Positions 9,931 through 20,095 of a DNA stretch of 64,000 nucleotides are shown here, piece after piece; the first letter of the stretch is position 1, and each line of letters opens with the position of its first letter. Under the pieces are notes generated by a model. It was not told where the DNA came from. It saw only the letters and a list, made by a program, of their open reading frames with translations, and made no database searches. Position numbers and translations under genes: made by a program. Location: positions 1,888,001-1,952,000 of the forward strand of contig OY760175.1 of the NCBI GenBank assembly GCA_963663165.1. Reading direction: 5' to 3'. This stretch comes from an uncultured Desulfospira sp. (lineage in GTDB: Bacteria; Desulfobacterota; Desulfobacteria; Desulfobacterales; Desulfobacteraceae).

Positions 9931-10528
9931 TTATTCGTTCCAGAGAGTTGAGATATGCCTCTGGGTCGGTAGATGGAAAATAAGCAAATAGCGTATCTTT
10001 ATAAACTAGATCACCTGTGAAAAGAAAACCATTTTCTTTTTCCCATAAACACATATGCCCTGGAGAATGACCTGGGGTATGCAGTACTTGAAGACTACGT
10101 TCTCCTATATTAATACTTTCGTTCCCTTTTAATAGTTTTTTTGGCGTACCTTGAAAGAACTCATACTCCTCAACGTTGTAGCCTTTTGGCAAGCCACAGC
10201 GATCAACAACCATTTCTTTTATTTGTTCAATCGTTAATGGGAATTCTCCTTTGAGCCAGTTGAGTTCTGCTTTATGAGCATAAAAATTTGGGAAATGCTT
10301 ATGTCCGCCAATGTGATCCCAATGGATATGAGTGGCTATAGCGATTATTGGTTTGTCTGTTAGTTTAATGACCTCATTATAGATATTGCATATTCCAAGG
10401 CCTGTATCAATTAGTAAACTGCATTCAGTGCCATTCAAAAGATAGCAATGTGTTTCTTCCCAGTGTCGATATTCACTAATAATATATGTGTTTTTATTGA
10501 TTTGATCTATTGTAAACCAGTCGTTCAT
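9931..10528 (-). pseudogene. MBL-fold metallo-hydrolase cassette gene, 3'-truncated by ISAzo13
   Basis: THIHWDHIGG, HTPGHSPGH, FTGD. The C-terminus runs into the IS end (RASEKLISTIP is IS-derived). Confidence 0.88.
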
Positions 10529-10584
10529 CCCAATGGCCTTTCTGATTCTTAAGCGAAGTACTTTTTTGCTGTGGCGTTTTGTAC

Positions 10585-10713
10585 ACCCAACGGGGAGCTA
10601 ACCCGCCGGGAAAGTAACGGCGACAAACCTTAAAAAAACCAAGGGTTTTGGTTAAAATCACACCGTTTCAAAGCGGCTCAGTTTTCCCGGTCGGGTTCAG
10701 CGTTTGGTTAGTG
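10585..10713 (-). repeat. attC site 2
   Basis: R'' CACTAAC ... R' GTTGGGT; body identical to attC 4. Confidence 0.9.
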
Positions 10714-10716
10714 GCT

Positions 10717-11166
10717 TTATAATCCCCAAACCTCTTCCATATCGTCTATTGATAAATCATCATATCTGTTCATTGTTGCAAGCCATTCAGGCATATCCTC
10801 TTTGACACGTATTTTGAGATCATCGAGATCTTCTTTATCAATTTCACCGAGTTCGAAAAGAAACTGATAAAATTTTTTCAAGCTAGTAGCATTGCTTTTG
10901 ATTTGAGCAGGGCTTGACCATGATGCTTTTTTGATAAACCAGTACCCTAAAAACATCCCAATGTCTGATGAACCATCTTTTGCTTCAACCGCATCTTCAT
11001 AAAGAAGAAAGTCATTTATATAAAAATCGACATTTTCAATATGCTTTCTTATCGTCTGAACTTTAAGTCCTGAACTTTCCAGCCAATTTTCAAAATCTTT
11101 CAGCAGCTTTTTATTTTTTTTCCGAATTTCATTACATTCGGTTTCATATTTTTCATAATTATCCAT
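10717..11166 (-). CDS. Stand-alone tyrosine-recombinase core-binding (SAM-like) domain protein, copy 1
   Basis: LLKDFENWLESSGLKVQTIRKHIENVDFY...SLKKFYQFL; no catalytic RHRY domain. Confidence 0.7.
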   Translation of the reverse strand: MDNYEKYETECNEIRKKNKKLLKDFENWLESSGLKVQTIRKHIENVDFYINDFLLYEDAVEAKDGSSDIGMFLGYWFIKKASWSSPAQIKSNATSLKKFYQFLFELGEIDKEDLDDLKIRVKEDMPEWLATMNRYDDLSIDDMEEVWGL

Positions 11167-11195
11167 TTCATATTCCTATTCGGTGGTGGTTTCAC

Positions 11196-11324
11196 CCCTA
11201 ACGGGGAGCTCAGCCGCCCGGAGACTATAACCGAGGACTTCCCTAAAATTAAATTCTTTTCAAAAACCAAGAGCTTTCAAAAAGCCGCTAGCTCTCCGGG
11301 TCGGCCTGCAGCGTTTTGTTATAT
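11196..11324 (-). repeat. attC site 3
   Basis: R'' ATATAAC ... R' GTTAGGG; long imperfect palindrome. Confidence 0.9.
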
Positions 11325-11575
11325 GTATAATTGTTGAATTCACCTTGTCTTTCTTGCCAGCGGACTTCAGAGTAACACATATGCCCAGTTTTCCTTAAAC
11401 TTAAGAAATCCATCATTAAGAGTCATAGAAATTCGTTGAGAATAAATTACACTGGGAGTTCATAATTAAATTCTTCAAGTTTTATCATTGTCTCTCTAAC
11501 ACTCATGGTCACTTTACGCAAATCTTCTTTATCTATTTGGGCTTTTGACGCCACCTGCAAATATTTTAAAAAAAT

Positions 11576-11941
11576 TCAACTCTTGGTCTTTATTTTGTCC
11601 TTTGCATATAATCCAATATACAAGCCCATAGCGAACAAGATCACCGAAAAACTCTTTAACGCAATTGATAATCCAAATTTTAAATAAAAAAAGTAAATCA
11701 ATGTCGAAAAGATAAGCCCGCCTATTATCGATACTAAAATCTTAAACGCCAAATCAGAAAATGAACTGTAATTAGAAAGCATCTTTTCAGATATGACTAT
11801 TACTATTAGTGAAATAATAGCGAATACAATACAACCAATCAGGTTGGCTATAGATTGTTCCGCCATAAAAAAAACTATTCCATTCAAGACCATGAACAAA
11901 AAAGATAGAATAAACGCCAAGTAAAGCAATTTTCGTTTCAT
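11576..11941 (-). CDS. Hypothetical 4-TM membrane protein (cassette)
   Basis: Four hydrophobic segments; likely start MKRKLL just after the R' box. Confidence 0.7.
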   Translation of the reverse strand: MKRKLLYLAFILSFLFMVLNGIVFFMAEQSIANLIGCIVFAIISLIVIVISEKMLSNYSSFSDLAFKILVSIIGGLIFSTLIYFFYLKFGLSIALKSFSVILFAMGLYIGLYAKDKIKTKS

Positions 11942-11956
11942 GGGATTCTCTCTAAA

Positions 11957-12085
11957 ATATAACGGGGAGCTAACCCGCCGGGAAAGTAACGGCGACAAAC
12001 CTTAAAAAAACCAAGGGTTTTGGTTAAAATCACACCGTTTCAAAGCGGCTCAGTTTTCCCGGTCGGGTTCAGCGTTTGGTTAGTG
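11957..12085 (-). repeat. attC site 4
   Basis: Same body as attC 2; R' GTTATAT. Confidence 0.9.
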
Positions 12086-12088
12086 GCT

Positions 12089-12538
12089 TTATAATCCCCA
12101 AACCTCTTCCATATCGTCTATTGATAAATCATCATATCTGTTCATTGTTGCAAGCCATTCAGGCATATCCTCTTTGACACGTATTTTGAGATCATCGAGA
12201 TCTTCTTTATCAATTTCACCGAGTTCGAAAAGAAACTGATAAAATTTTTTCAAGCTAGTAGCATTGCTTTTGATTTGAGCAGGGCTTGACCATGATGCTT
12301 TTTTGATAAACCAGTACCCTAAAAACATCCCAATGTCTGATGAACCATCTTTTGCTTCAACCGCATCTTCATAAAGAAGAAAGTCATTTATATAAAAATC
12401 GACATTTTCAATATGTTTTCTTATCGTCTGAACTTTAAGTCCTGAACTTTCCAGCCAATTTTCAAAATCTTTCAGCAGCTTTTTATTTTTTTTCCGAATT
12501 TCATTACATTCGGTTTCATATTTTTCATAATTATCCAT
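12089..12538 (-). CDS. Recombinase core-binding-like protein, copy 2 (identical protein)
   Basis: Same 149-aa sequence as 10717-11166. Confidence 0.7.
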   Translation of the reverse strand: MDNYEKYETECNEIRKKNKKLLKDFENWLESSGLKVQTIRKHIENVDFYINDFLLYEDAVEAKDGSSDIGMFLGYWFIKKASWSSPAQIKSNATSLKKFYQFLFELGEIDKEDLDDLKIRVKEDMPEWLATMNRYDDLSIDDMEEVWGL

Positions 12539-12565
12539 TTCATTCCTATTCGGTGGTGGTTTCAC

Positions 12566-12625
12566 CCCTAACGTCGCTAATCAGCCGCGCGGCTTTTTGC
12601 GTCGGCTGAATTAGCATTGTTATAT
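12566..12625 (-). repeat. attC site 5 (short, ~60 bp)
   Basis: ATATAACAATGCTAATTCAGCCGAC...CGGCTGATTAGCGACGTTAGGG. Confidence 0.88.
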
Positions 12626-13276
12626 CATTTCTATTTGTATTGCATCCTTGTTTGCCCTAACAAATTCAAAAATTTTACGTATATCAGGGAATGGATCATC
12701 ATAAAAAGCAGTATCATGCTTATCAAAATGTTCCCACATTTGATCTTCGTTGATATTTTCGATTTCTTGCAGCTGTTTCCAGCGTTCGCCTCTATCAGTC
12801 GAGGGGCCTTCTTTTCCAAAAATACTAATCACGGACTTAAACCTTTCCTCAGCTACCGAATCACCACTCAAGGCGATTATATCATACAGGTCTTTCCAGT
12901 GATCACTTGCTGAATTGAAAAAGTATTGATGAAAACCACCATTATAGATTTCTGGTTCGAAAGCAAATAGGCCAGTAATAGCACTTTCTAATTTGGTGAT
13001 GGGTTTACCATTTAGAATTTTCCATGAAATGATTGTATTGAAAGCATCAAGAACAATATCCTCGCCTTCATCAAGGTCGACATCAAAGAAAGCATCTATA
13101 TCTGAACCAAATTTAAATCGTATTTCTGAAAAGGCCTTTTTGTATTCTTTCCGTGCTTCTTCCGAAATAGGTTCAATACCCTCTCCATAGGGAGATGTCT
13201 TTTCCATCATCTCGTGAATTAAATCTTTGTAAGACCCGACCTTATATTCCATTTCAGTGATTTGTTCCTTATACAT
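12620..13276 (-). CDS. DMP19/DUF4375-like acidic protein (cassette)
   Basis: EIYNGGFHQYFFNS motif; very acidic; the stop codon lies in R''. Confidence 0.75.
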   Translation of the reverse strand: MYKEQITEMEYKVGSYKDLIHEMMEKTSPYGEGIEPISEEARKEYKKAFSEIRFKFGSDIDAFFDVDLDEGEDIVLDAFNTIISWKILNGKPITKLESAITGLFAFEPEIYNGGFHQYFFNSASDHWKDLYDIIALSGDSVAEERFKSVISIFGKEGPSTDRGERWKQLQEIENINEDQMWEHFDKHDTAFYDDPFPDIRKIFEFVRANKDAIQIEMI

Positions 13277-13282
13277 ATTGAG

Positions 13283-13412
13283 ATATAACGGGGAGCTGAG
13301 GGGCCAGGCTTTTAAACCACAAAAGCTCCGATAAAAGTTTTAATTTTCCTAAACCAGGGACTCCCAAAAGGCCGCTCTGTAAGCCTGGTCCCTCTCCAGC
13401 GTTTTGTTCTTT
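13283..13412 (-). repeat. attC site 6
   Basis: R'' AAAGAAC ... R' GTTATAT; similar to attC 12. Confidence 0.88.
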
Positions 13413-13468
13413 TCTATTTTTATAGTGCCTTTCAATTTGACTACCGTTTTCATCTAAAGGATATTATC

Positions 13469-14966
13469 CAATGTCATTAACTTAAGAAGATTTTGTGTTT
13501 AACTTGCTGATATTAATGATAAAATCATTGAAAAAATGAAATCGACATGATATACTCAATTCTAATAATAACAGCCAATTATCATAAAAAAAGGAGCATA
13601 TCATGTCGAAATTTGATAACAATTTTACACCGGTTGGCACGGAACCTGCTTTCCAATATATGTGCCAAACTAATTGATTTTCTTAAAAAAAATATCAATT
13701 CTTCAAATTTTATCAATCAACACCGCCAAAGTCCAAAAAATTTCACCCGTAACAGAAAACTGTCCTTTTCAATACTTATATTTTTCCTGATGAATTTGGT
13801 CAAGGGTTCATATCAGGATGAACTCGACCATTTCTTTAAAGCCATATTCGGGTTTGATGTTATAAGGCGATTTATCTCCAAGCCAGCCTTGACCAAAGCC
13901 AGGATGAAATTAAAATACGAGGCATTCTCCGAGCTTAATGATCAGCAGATAGATTTTTTCTATCAGAATTTTGCCCCCTTGAGATGGGAGGGTTTTAATC
14001 TGCTTGCTATAGACGGGTCGACAGCTCAACTGCCCCGGATTGAATCAATATTAAAACATTTTGGAGCATGGAATCCACGCCAGGGAGAAAAATGCCCCAT
14101 GGCCCGCATTTCTCAGATGTTCGATCCACTCAACAAAATAACTGTTGACGCTCAAATTGTCCCCAAAGAAACTGGAGAACGTGAACTGGCCGCCTTCCAT
14201 TGTTTAAAAATGGTACCAGGTGACCTTATACTTCTGGACAGGGGCTATCCAGCATATTGGCTGTTTAATCTCATTCTCAATCAAGGTGCCGATTTTTGCG
14301 CCCGGATTCAGCTAAAAAGATGGAAAATAGTCCGGCAATTTTATAATTCAGGCAAGAAGGAAAAAATCATATCTTTGACGCCATTCCCCAGTTCAATAAA
14401 ACAATGCAAAGAAATGGGGCTTGATTTAAAGCCATTAAAACTACGATTGATTCGGATTGAGTTAGAGACAGGCGAAGCTGAAATCCTCATTACATCCATC
14501 ATTGACAAACAAACCTTTACGCATAATCAGTTTTCTGAACTTTATCATTTGAGGTGGCCTGTAGAAGAAGACTACAAGACTATGAAACAATGGATAGAAA
14601 TAGAAAATTTCACCGGAAAATCAGTCCTGTCCGTTTACCAGGATTTCCATGCGAGAGTGTTCTCAAAGAATCTGACATCAATATTAGCTTTTCCCACTCA
14701 GACCATTATTGACAAAAATACTGAGGATCGGATGTATAAATATAAGCCGAATTTTGCACAGGCTTTATCAAAAATGAAGGACGTTCTTCCGCTATTGTTC
14801 GTTCGCTCAGGTGAAAAGGTTGTTGAGTTGATATCAGCTATACAAGACATTATTGTCAGGACTATAGAACCGGTAAGACCGGGCAGAAAATTTCCAAGGA
14901 ATTTCAATAATCGAAGCGGTCGTTTCCATTGCTGTTATAAACCACTTCGTTAAGTTAATGACATTG
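13469..14966 (+). mobile_element. IS4-family element (1498 bp), copy 1
   Basis: IRs CAATGTCATTAACTTAA; 10-bp TSD GGATATTATC. Confidence 0.93.
13547..14953 (+). CDS. IS4-family transposase
   Basis: LAIDGS, LLDRGY, LYHLRWPVEEDYKTMK (YREK motif); true start uncertain. Confidence 0.9.
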   Translation: MIYSILIITANYHKKRSISCRNLITILHRLARNLLSNICAKLIDFLKKNINSSNFINQHRQSPKNFTRNRKLSFSILIFFLMNLVKGSYQDELDHFFKAIFGFDVIRRFISKPALTKARMKLKYEAFSELNDQQIDFFYQNFAPLRWEGFNLLAIDGSTAQLPRIESILKHFGAWNPRQGEKCPMARISQMFDPLNKITVDAQIVPKETGERELAAFHCLKMVPGDLILLDRGYPAYWLFNLILNQGADFCARIQLKRWKIVRQFYNSGKKEKIISLTPFPSSIKQCKEMGLDLKPLKLRLIRIELETGEAEILITSIIDKQTFTHNQFSELYHLRWPVEEDYKTMKQWIEIENFTGKSVLSVYQDFHARVFSKNLTSILAFPTQTIIDKNTEDRMYKYKPNFAQALSKMKDVLPLLFVRSGEKVVELISAIQDIIVRTIEPVRPGRKFPRNFNNRSGRFHCCYKPLR

Positions 14967-15019
14967 GGATATTATCCAAAACTATGGCAGCCAGCAAACA
15001 TACCCTTCTACAAGTTAAA

Positions 15020-15870
15020 TCAATACATTGTTATAAGTCGGATAGTTTTTTCAACATTGTTTACCTGGAAAGAAATAAGGTATTTTTTAGCTCGACCTCT
15101 CGCTTCACTGAACAAATCAACAACCGTATTAAACTTAATACATTCATAATCTTTATTGTAATCCATATTGAATATATAATTGGTGTTTATAGTATTTCGA
15201 ATGATGTCCCTAAACTGATTAAAACTTAAACTATCAAGTCCAATTATTTGCAAAGCTCCAAGTTTGTTTTCCAATAAATATAAATATTTTTTTTCATCAA
15301 TTTGTACATCAAAATCTTTAATAAGGGCTGGTTGCCTTGTAACTGTGTTAAGAGAAAATATCTGGTCATCGTTATCAAACTCAGAATACCTTCTTTGAAT
15401 TTTAAAAGTTAGAAAGCTGTGATATGCGAACTCCTTTATGTTTCTAATTTTGTATCCATATTTTTCATAATCAATGAAAGAATAGTTAATTGGACTTGAA
15501 TCGTCTATTTCTTCATCTTCGTTGACCGGTAAAATAGCAATTTTTTTATAAAATAAGCATTTCTGTGCTATTGATGAAGCAACTATATCCTTGAGATGGC
15601 AACTATAAGTTATATCGGTATATCCTACGTAGAAAGGCATTTTTTTTAAGCCGCTATCTATATCGGCAAGTTTCGTAGAAGAAATATTATTTATAACTAT
15701 AACGAAATATTGAGAACTGTTTCTATAGTTCAGAGGGGCATTGAAATTTATACTTCGTAGCATTATTTCTTTTACAGCTCTCTGTCCATCTCGATCTTTG
15801 GGGCCGATGAGATCCCCATAAAACATCGCCGTTTTTTCTATACCAACAAGAAGTGGTATAAATCCTCTAA
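15020..15870 (-). pseudogene. 3' part of a ~370-aa hypothetical cassette gene split by ISAzo13 copy B (5' part at 21463-21718)
   Basis: Removing the IS and one TAA joins ...YGSAIF-RGFIPLL... in frame. Confidence 0.85.
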
Positions 15871-16104
15871 GGGATGTGGTAAAATTAAAACCCACAATTC
15901 ATTCCTCATAGCATGGAATATCAACAGCCCATTTTTCAATCCCTGGAATCCGAATAATTTTGTTTTCTATATTATTCACGGCGGACTTGACCAAACGTAC
16001 CCCTGTCGGGTAAACACCTTTGATTAATGAGAGCAATCACGATAATTCATGGACAACGTTTCATGGTAAATAAGGGCTTTCCCGGAGGCCAAGAGAGCCC
16101 GATT

Positions 16105-16893
16105 TTAACTGATAATTTTTTCAGCTTTTTGTAATGTCCTGATCAGATACTGTGTTTTTTTTCGTTCATCCGCATGATTAATCCAATCCTGCCTTTCATT
16201 GATAATGCGATTGTAAATTTCCATTCGTGAAAAACCTCTTCTATAGAGGGCCAGAGCATATGCAAAATCAGTGGCAGATTCGTCACCCTTATCATAGAGG
16301 GAGCGGGAAATATTACCGTTATGGCACACTCCCCCCCGGGGTTGATGGGAAAAGACTTCTTGAGGTCGGGAGGATAATTCTATTTCAGGGACAATAGCCT
16401 GGCATTTCCAGTCCACCCATAATAGCTTTGCCAAAGGGTATTGTCCTGAAGGCGTTCTATGTTTTGCTTTTCTGTTCCTGAACCCGGGGCATCTGCCCCA
16501 CCTGTTTTTCGGGTCGGCGCCGGGATCACTGTGCATGTTTTCCAACCAATACTTTTTTTCGGGAAGGCTTAACGGACGGTCACTGTGAATCCAAATTTGA
16601 TAATTGCCGGGAGATGTTTCCATAACCATCCTGCCTGGTTTAAAGCGGTTTGATATGGATTGATGATGCCGGATAAGCAGGTCAATGTTTAAATCGTCGG
16701 CAAGAAAATAATAAGGCTCAATAACAGGATCAGGTCTGATCAGGATGTGCCTTCCTCCGGCATTTTCAGCTTTAAGATAAGGGATGTTTTTACAAGAGGG
16801 GAGAACGGGCCACCGGCCCTTAATTTCATCAAGAACTGCCAGGCTGAAGCGGTGCTTAAAATAATTGCCGATTTTCCATAGTATTTTTTCCAT
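16105..16893 (-). CDS. RepB'-like (AEP superfamily) DNA primase-domain protein
   Basis: YFLADDL, VMETSPGNYQIWI, SDPGA...WGRCPGFRNRK, and C-terminal DESATDFAYALALYRRG helices. Confidence 0.8.
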   Translation of the reverse strand: MEKILWKIGNYFKHRFSLAVLDEIKGRWPVLPSCKNIPYLKAENAGGRHILIRPDPVIEPYYFLADDLNIDLLIRHHQSISNRFKPGRMVMETSPGNYQIWIHSDRPLSLPEKKYWLENMHSDPGADPKNRWGRCPGFRNRKAKHRTPSGQYPLAKLLWVDWKCQAIVPEIELSSRPQEVFSHQPRGGVCHNGNISRSLYDKGDESATDFAYALALYRRGFSRMEIYNRIINERQDWINHADERKKTQYLIRTLQKAEKIIS

Positions 16894-16930
16894 TGAGGCA
16901 GGCCCGGACCTTTAGAGTCCGGGCGTACGT

Positions 16931-17113
16931 TTAAAACGGCTCGTGTTCTTTATGACGGTTCTTTTCCGTGAGCCTTTGTTTCTGGAATTGCCTGAAGGCC
17001 CGATATTCCATATTCAAGTTTTCAAGTCCGGCAAGGACCATATCCAGGATAAAATGTTCCAATTCCTGTGTAATTTCTTCCAGTTTCATGTCCGGATCAT
17101 CATAAATACCCAT
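16931..17113 (-). CDS. Small hypothetical protein (60 aa)
   Basis: AGGAG RBS; sits in an operon position between the ATPase and the primase. Confidence 0.6.
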   Translation of the reverse strand: MGIYDDPDMKLEEITQELEHFILDMVLAGLENLNMEYRAFRQFQKQRLTEKNRHKEHEPF

Positions 17114-17122
17114 ATTGTTCTC

Positions 17123-17950
17123 CTATGATTTTTTATTGGGCGGCTGTCTGGAATAGACTTCCATAAAAAGTTTTTCGTCCAATTGATTGAGTTCTTTCTC
17201 AATCCCCGCAGCCAGCAGGTCTGCGGCCATACTGTTAAGAACCCGCAGGTTGCCGGCGCAATGGTCTGCAAGGGTCCTGATCAGAGTTTTCGTCATTAAG
17301 TGCGGGGCGCCGGCCTGGTTCAGGCTGTGATCCATGTAATCCAGCAGGTCATCCCGGACATAGGGAAGCAGCGTCAACCGGAACTGCATCCGGCTTCCCA
17401 GCGATACCAGGGATCTTGATCTGAACCGTTCCGGGAGCCGGTCATCGCCGCAAATCACGGTGGTCAACAGGTTTTGGGAGTCAAAGTCCGCGCTGTTCAA
17501 CAAACGCAGTTCATTTAAGCATCCGGTCAGCATCTCCTGGGCTTCATCTATGAGCAGGATGGGCCGGAACAAGGTGGTTTTTACATGATGCCTCCAGCGC
17601 TCCCGAAGATCCTTGAACCCGCCATACCGGTTGGCAGGGCTTAAATTGACACCAAACAAAACTCCCATTTCCCGGTAAAAGTCTCCGACACTGCTTTGGG
17701 GACGTTCCATTACCCCGACAACTACCTCGTCAAGTTTACCGAACTTTTGGGCAATCATCTGCAACGCCTTGGATTTGCCAAGGCCAGGGTCCCCGCTGAT
17801 CAAAGCAAAGCCCCCGTTCAGGGTCATATTCTCAAGACGAAAAATAAAACTGTTCATCAATGGCGGATGCCATAAAGCCTCCACGGGGATATTGGACAAA
17901 AAAGGATTCCATTTAAGGCCGTAATAAGCCAGAAGCTGTTTGTTGTTCAT
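17123..17950 (-). CDS. ExeA-like AAA+ ATPase (transposition helper)
   Basis: YYGLKWNPF, Walker A GDPGLGKS, Walker B LLIDEAQ. Confidence 0.9.
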   Translation of the reverse strand: MNNKQLLAYYGLKWNPFLSNIPVEALWHPPLMNSFIFRLENMTLNGGFALISGDPGLGKSKALQMIAQKFGKLDEVVVGVMERPQSSVGDFYREMGVLFGVNLSPANRYGGFKDLRERWRHHVKTTLFRPILLIDEAQEMLTGCLNELRLLNSADFDSQNLLTTVICGDDRLPERFRSRSLVSLGSRMQFRLTLLPYVRDDLLDYMDHSLNQAGAPHLMTKTLIRTLADHCAGNLRVLNSMAADLLAAGIEKELNQLDEKLFMEVYSRQPPNKKS

Positions 17951-19392
17951 GATTCTCCTTTGGGCAGATAGGCTGGGGGCATGCCGCTTTGGGCATACTC
18001 GGCCATCAGTTTTCTTAATAATGCAGGCTCGGATTCTTTCAATGTTTCATCCGGTAGAATGGTATGTTCAGGTCTCGACTTGATCTTTCGTTTTCCTGAA
18101 GCATTTTTGATTTTGTCTTGGGGGTAGATCGGCGCAATCTGTTTGCCGGTTCTCTGGTCCATGAGCCAGGCCATGGATTTATCCCAATTGGCAAAGCAGA
18201 CATGTAACCGAGGGATATGGTGAAACCGGGAAGGGATCTCAAATCTTACCCCGTTGATGGACACGGTACCGTCAGACTTGCGCTGATTTCTGACTTCGCA
18301 AACTGTAAAGGCGAAACGTAATTGTTCTTCATCCGGTGCCGGCCGGGAAACATCTTTGCCTTCAAGCATGCGTTGAACAGGAGATGTGCCGATGTCACTA
18401 TGCCTGGTTTTGTTATATTCCATCTCGACCCAAGCCTGACTGCGGTGATTGAGATATTCCAGTGTCAGAGGGTCCACCCGGGTCAGCATGGCCATCAATC
18501 TGCCTTCAAGGGTGCCCCAAAAGGCTTCCTGCTTACCGTTTTGATAAGGGCTGTAGGGCAATGTCGTTTCATGAAGTATCCCTGTTTTCTTAAGCCCGTT
18601 GCAAAACTCATGGGAGGTCATGGCAGATCCGTTGTCCGTCATCAGTGCCCTGGGAAGCCCCCTTTTGAAAAAGGCCTGGGTCAATCCATGAATCAAATCC
18701 TGGGTGGTTTCTCCTGAATACCATTGGATGTGGCAGCACAGGCGGGAGTGGTCGTCAAGAATACATAAGGCTTTGGGCGTATACCAGTTACCGTTGTTAT
18801 CCACCACCCGCAGACTGCCTTCATGAAAATCCAGATGCCACAGGCTGTGAACACATTCTGCTTCATATCCACGGATCTCATGGCTTTCGAACCGCGTTGC
18901 GGCAGTTTTCATGCCCGCTGTCTGTTTTTTCTTGGCTGAGGGTTTCCTGGTCCACCCTCTTTCGACCATCCGCCGCCGGACACTGGCATAGGATGGTATC
19001 GATACTGAATTGGCTTTTTCTTGAAGTTCTGCTGCGAAATTATCTGCGTGCAGTTTGTAGCTCCAGTTCGGATAGGTCCGGTATTGTCTGCCCAGCATCC
19101 GGATCAGTTCAGGCGTGAATACAATTGAACCGCCATAGTCTGAACGAACTTTCCGTCCTAAAGCAATGATGGGGTCCTGGGCATTTTTTGCCTTGTAATA
19201 CCAGCTTTCAATAGTTGAAAAATGAAATACCGTCGATTCGTTCGTGATGGGATGGGTGTAAATCTGATTGGAAAGCTTTTCCAGTTCCTTACGCAGCTCA
19301 CCCTTGGCCGGCGGATTTGCCAGCAAACCACCAACGACTGAGAAGCGAAACAAAGCCCATTTATCAACCGGACTTTGGTTTTTACTGTTCAT
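17947..19392 (-). CDS. DDE (rve, Mu-like C-terminus) transposase
   Basis: WHLDFH / MTDNGS / NGKQEAFW triad, YNKTRHS, RKSDGTVSING; likely start MNSKNQ. Confidence 0.9.
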   Translation of the reverse strand: MNSKNQSPVDKWALFRFSVVGGLLANPPAKGELRKELEKLSNQIYTHPITNESTVFHFSTIESWYYKAKNAQDPIIALGRKVRSDYGGSIVFTPELIRMLGRQYRTYPNWSYKLHADNFAAELQEKANSVSIPSYASVRRRMVERGWTRKPSAKKKQTAGMKTAATRFESHEIRGYEAECVHSLWHLDFHEGSLRVVDNNGNWYTPKALCILDDHSRLCCHIQWYSGETTQDLIHGLTQAFFKRGLPRALMTDNGSAMTSHEFCNGLKKTGILHETTLPYSPYQNGKQEAFWGTLEGRLMAMLTRVDPLTLEYLNHRSQAWVEMEYNKTRHSDIGTSPVQRMLEGKDVSRPAPDEEQLRFAFTVCEVRNQRKSDGTVSINGVRFEIPSRFHHIPRLHVCFANWDKSMAWLMDQRTGKQIAPIYPQDKIKNASGKRKIKSRPEHTILPDETLKESEPALLRKLMAEYAQSGMPPAYLPKGES

Positions 19393-19507
19393 AGGCCGGG
19401 GTCCTTTCAATTTTAAGTTAAAATTTTCAGCGGAATGCTGATAAAAATCCCGGCCCCTTTGATAGAACAGTTGATCGCCCAAGGCCACGCCCATCTTCTG
19501 CGTGAGA

Positions 19508-20095
19508 TTACCCGGCCCTTATTTTTTGTGATATTTCATTGCCTTGAGACAAGAATGACAAACAGGAGATCAACGTTTCTTTGATGGATGCCTGTTGATG
19601 CAGATAGAAGTTGACCAAACTTGCCGGAAGACTGTCATTTTTCACGCTTGCAGGCACTCGGCCCCGGATTTTCTTCCATTGAGCGCTTGTTGGAAATATT
19701 TCTTTAAACAAACCGACCCAGCGTCTAAGGGTGTTGCGGGAGATACCGATTGTTTCAGCAAACCTGGACATCGTGATACCTACAGATTGGTTCTGCCAGT
19801 CGGACACAATCGTCAGAATGGCCGCATACCAGTAAATGTTTTTACCAAGGAAACGGCAGGTTGGCGGGATCAAACGCCGTCGGCAGCCTTCCCTTCCGCA
19901 GCATAAACTGAATTGTAAAAAACATTCTTCAGACAACCCTTCAGGCTCCCCCCTGGGTTTGCGCAGATAATTGGCATAATACAACGGTCCCTGGCAGTGG
20001 GGGCACTTCATCTGTCTATAACGTTCGGCTGTTGCCAGATCTATTTTGTATAGATTCCAAAAAAGACTTTCGCTTTTTAGAACTTCTGATAGCAT
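19508..20095 (-). CDS. Zn-ribbon + HTH protein (DUF6431-like transposon accessory)
   Basis: CPHCQGPL, CCGREGCRRR, ISRNTLRRW. Confidence 0.72.
   Translation of the reverse strand: MLSEVLKSESLFWNLYKIDLATAERYRQMKCPHCQGPLYYANYLRKPRGEPEGLSEECFLQFSLCCGREGCRRRLIPPTCRFLGKNIYWYAAILTIVSDWQNQSVGITMSRFAETIGISRNTLRRWVGLFKEIFPTSAQWKKIRGRVPASVKNDSLPASLVNFYLHQQASIKETLISCLSFLSQGNEISQKIRAG

Noticed and set aside
9896..10528. Metallo-beta-lactamase resistance gene
   Set aside because: The HxHxDH fold is generic, there is no signal peptide, and the gene is truncated.
10717..11166. Integron integrase
   Set aside because: Only 149 aa, no catalytic R-H-R-Y residues, and it is itself inside a cassette.
11325..11575. 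Second gene in the membrane-protein cassette
   Set aside because: Only short broken frames without a clear start.
17123..17950. Type II secretion ExeA
   Set aside because: It overlaps a DDE transposase inside transposon ends, so it is more likely a transposition ATPase.
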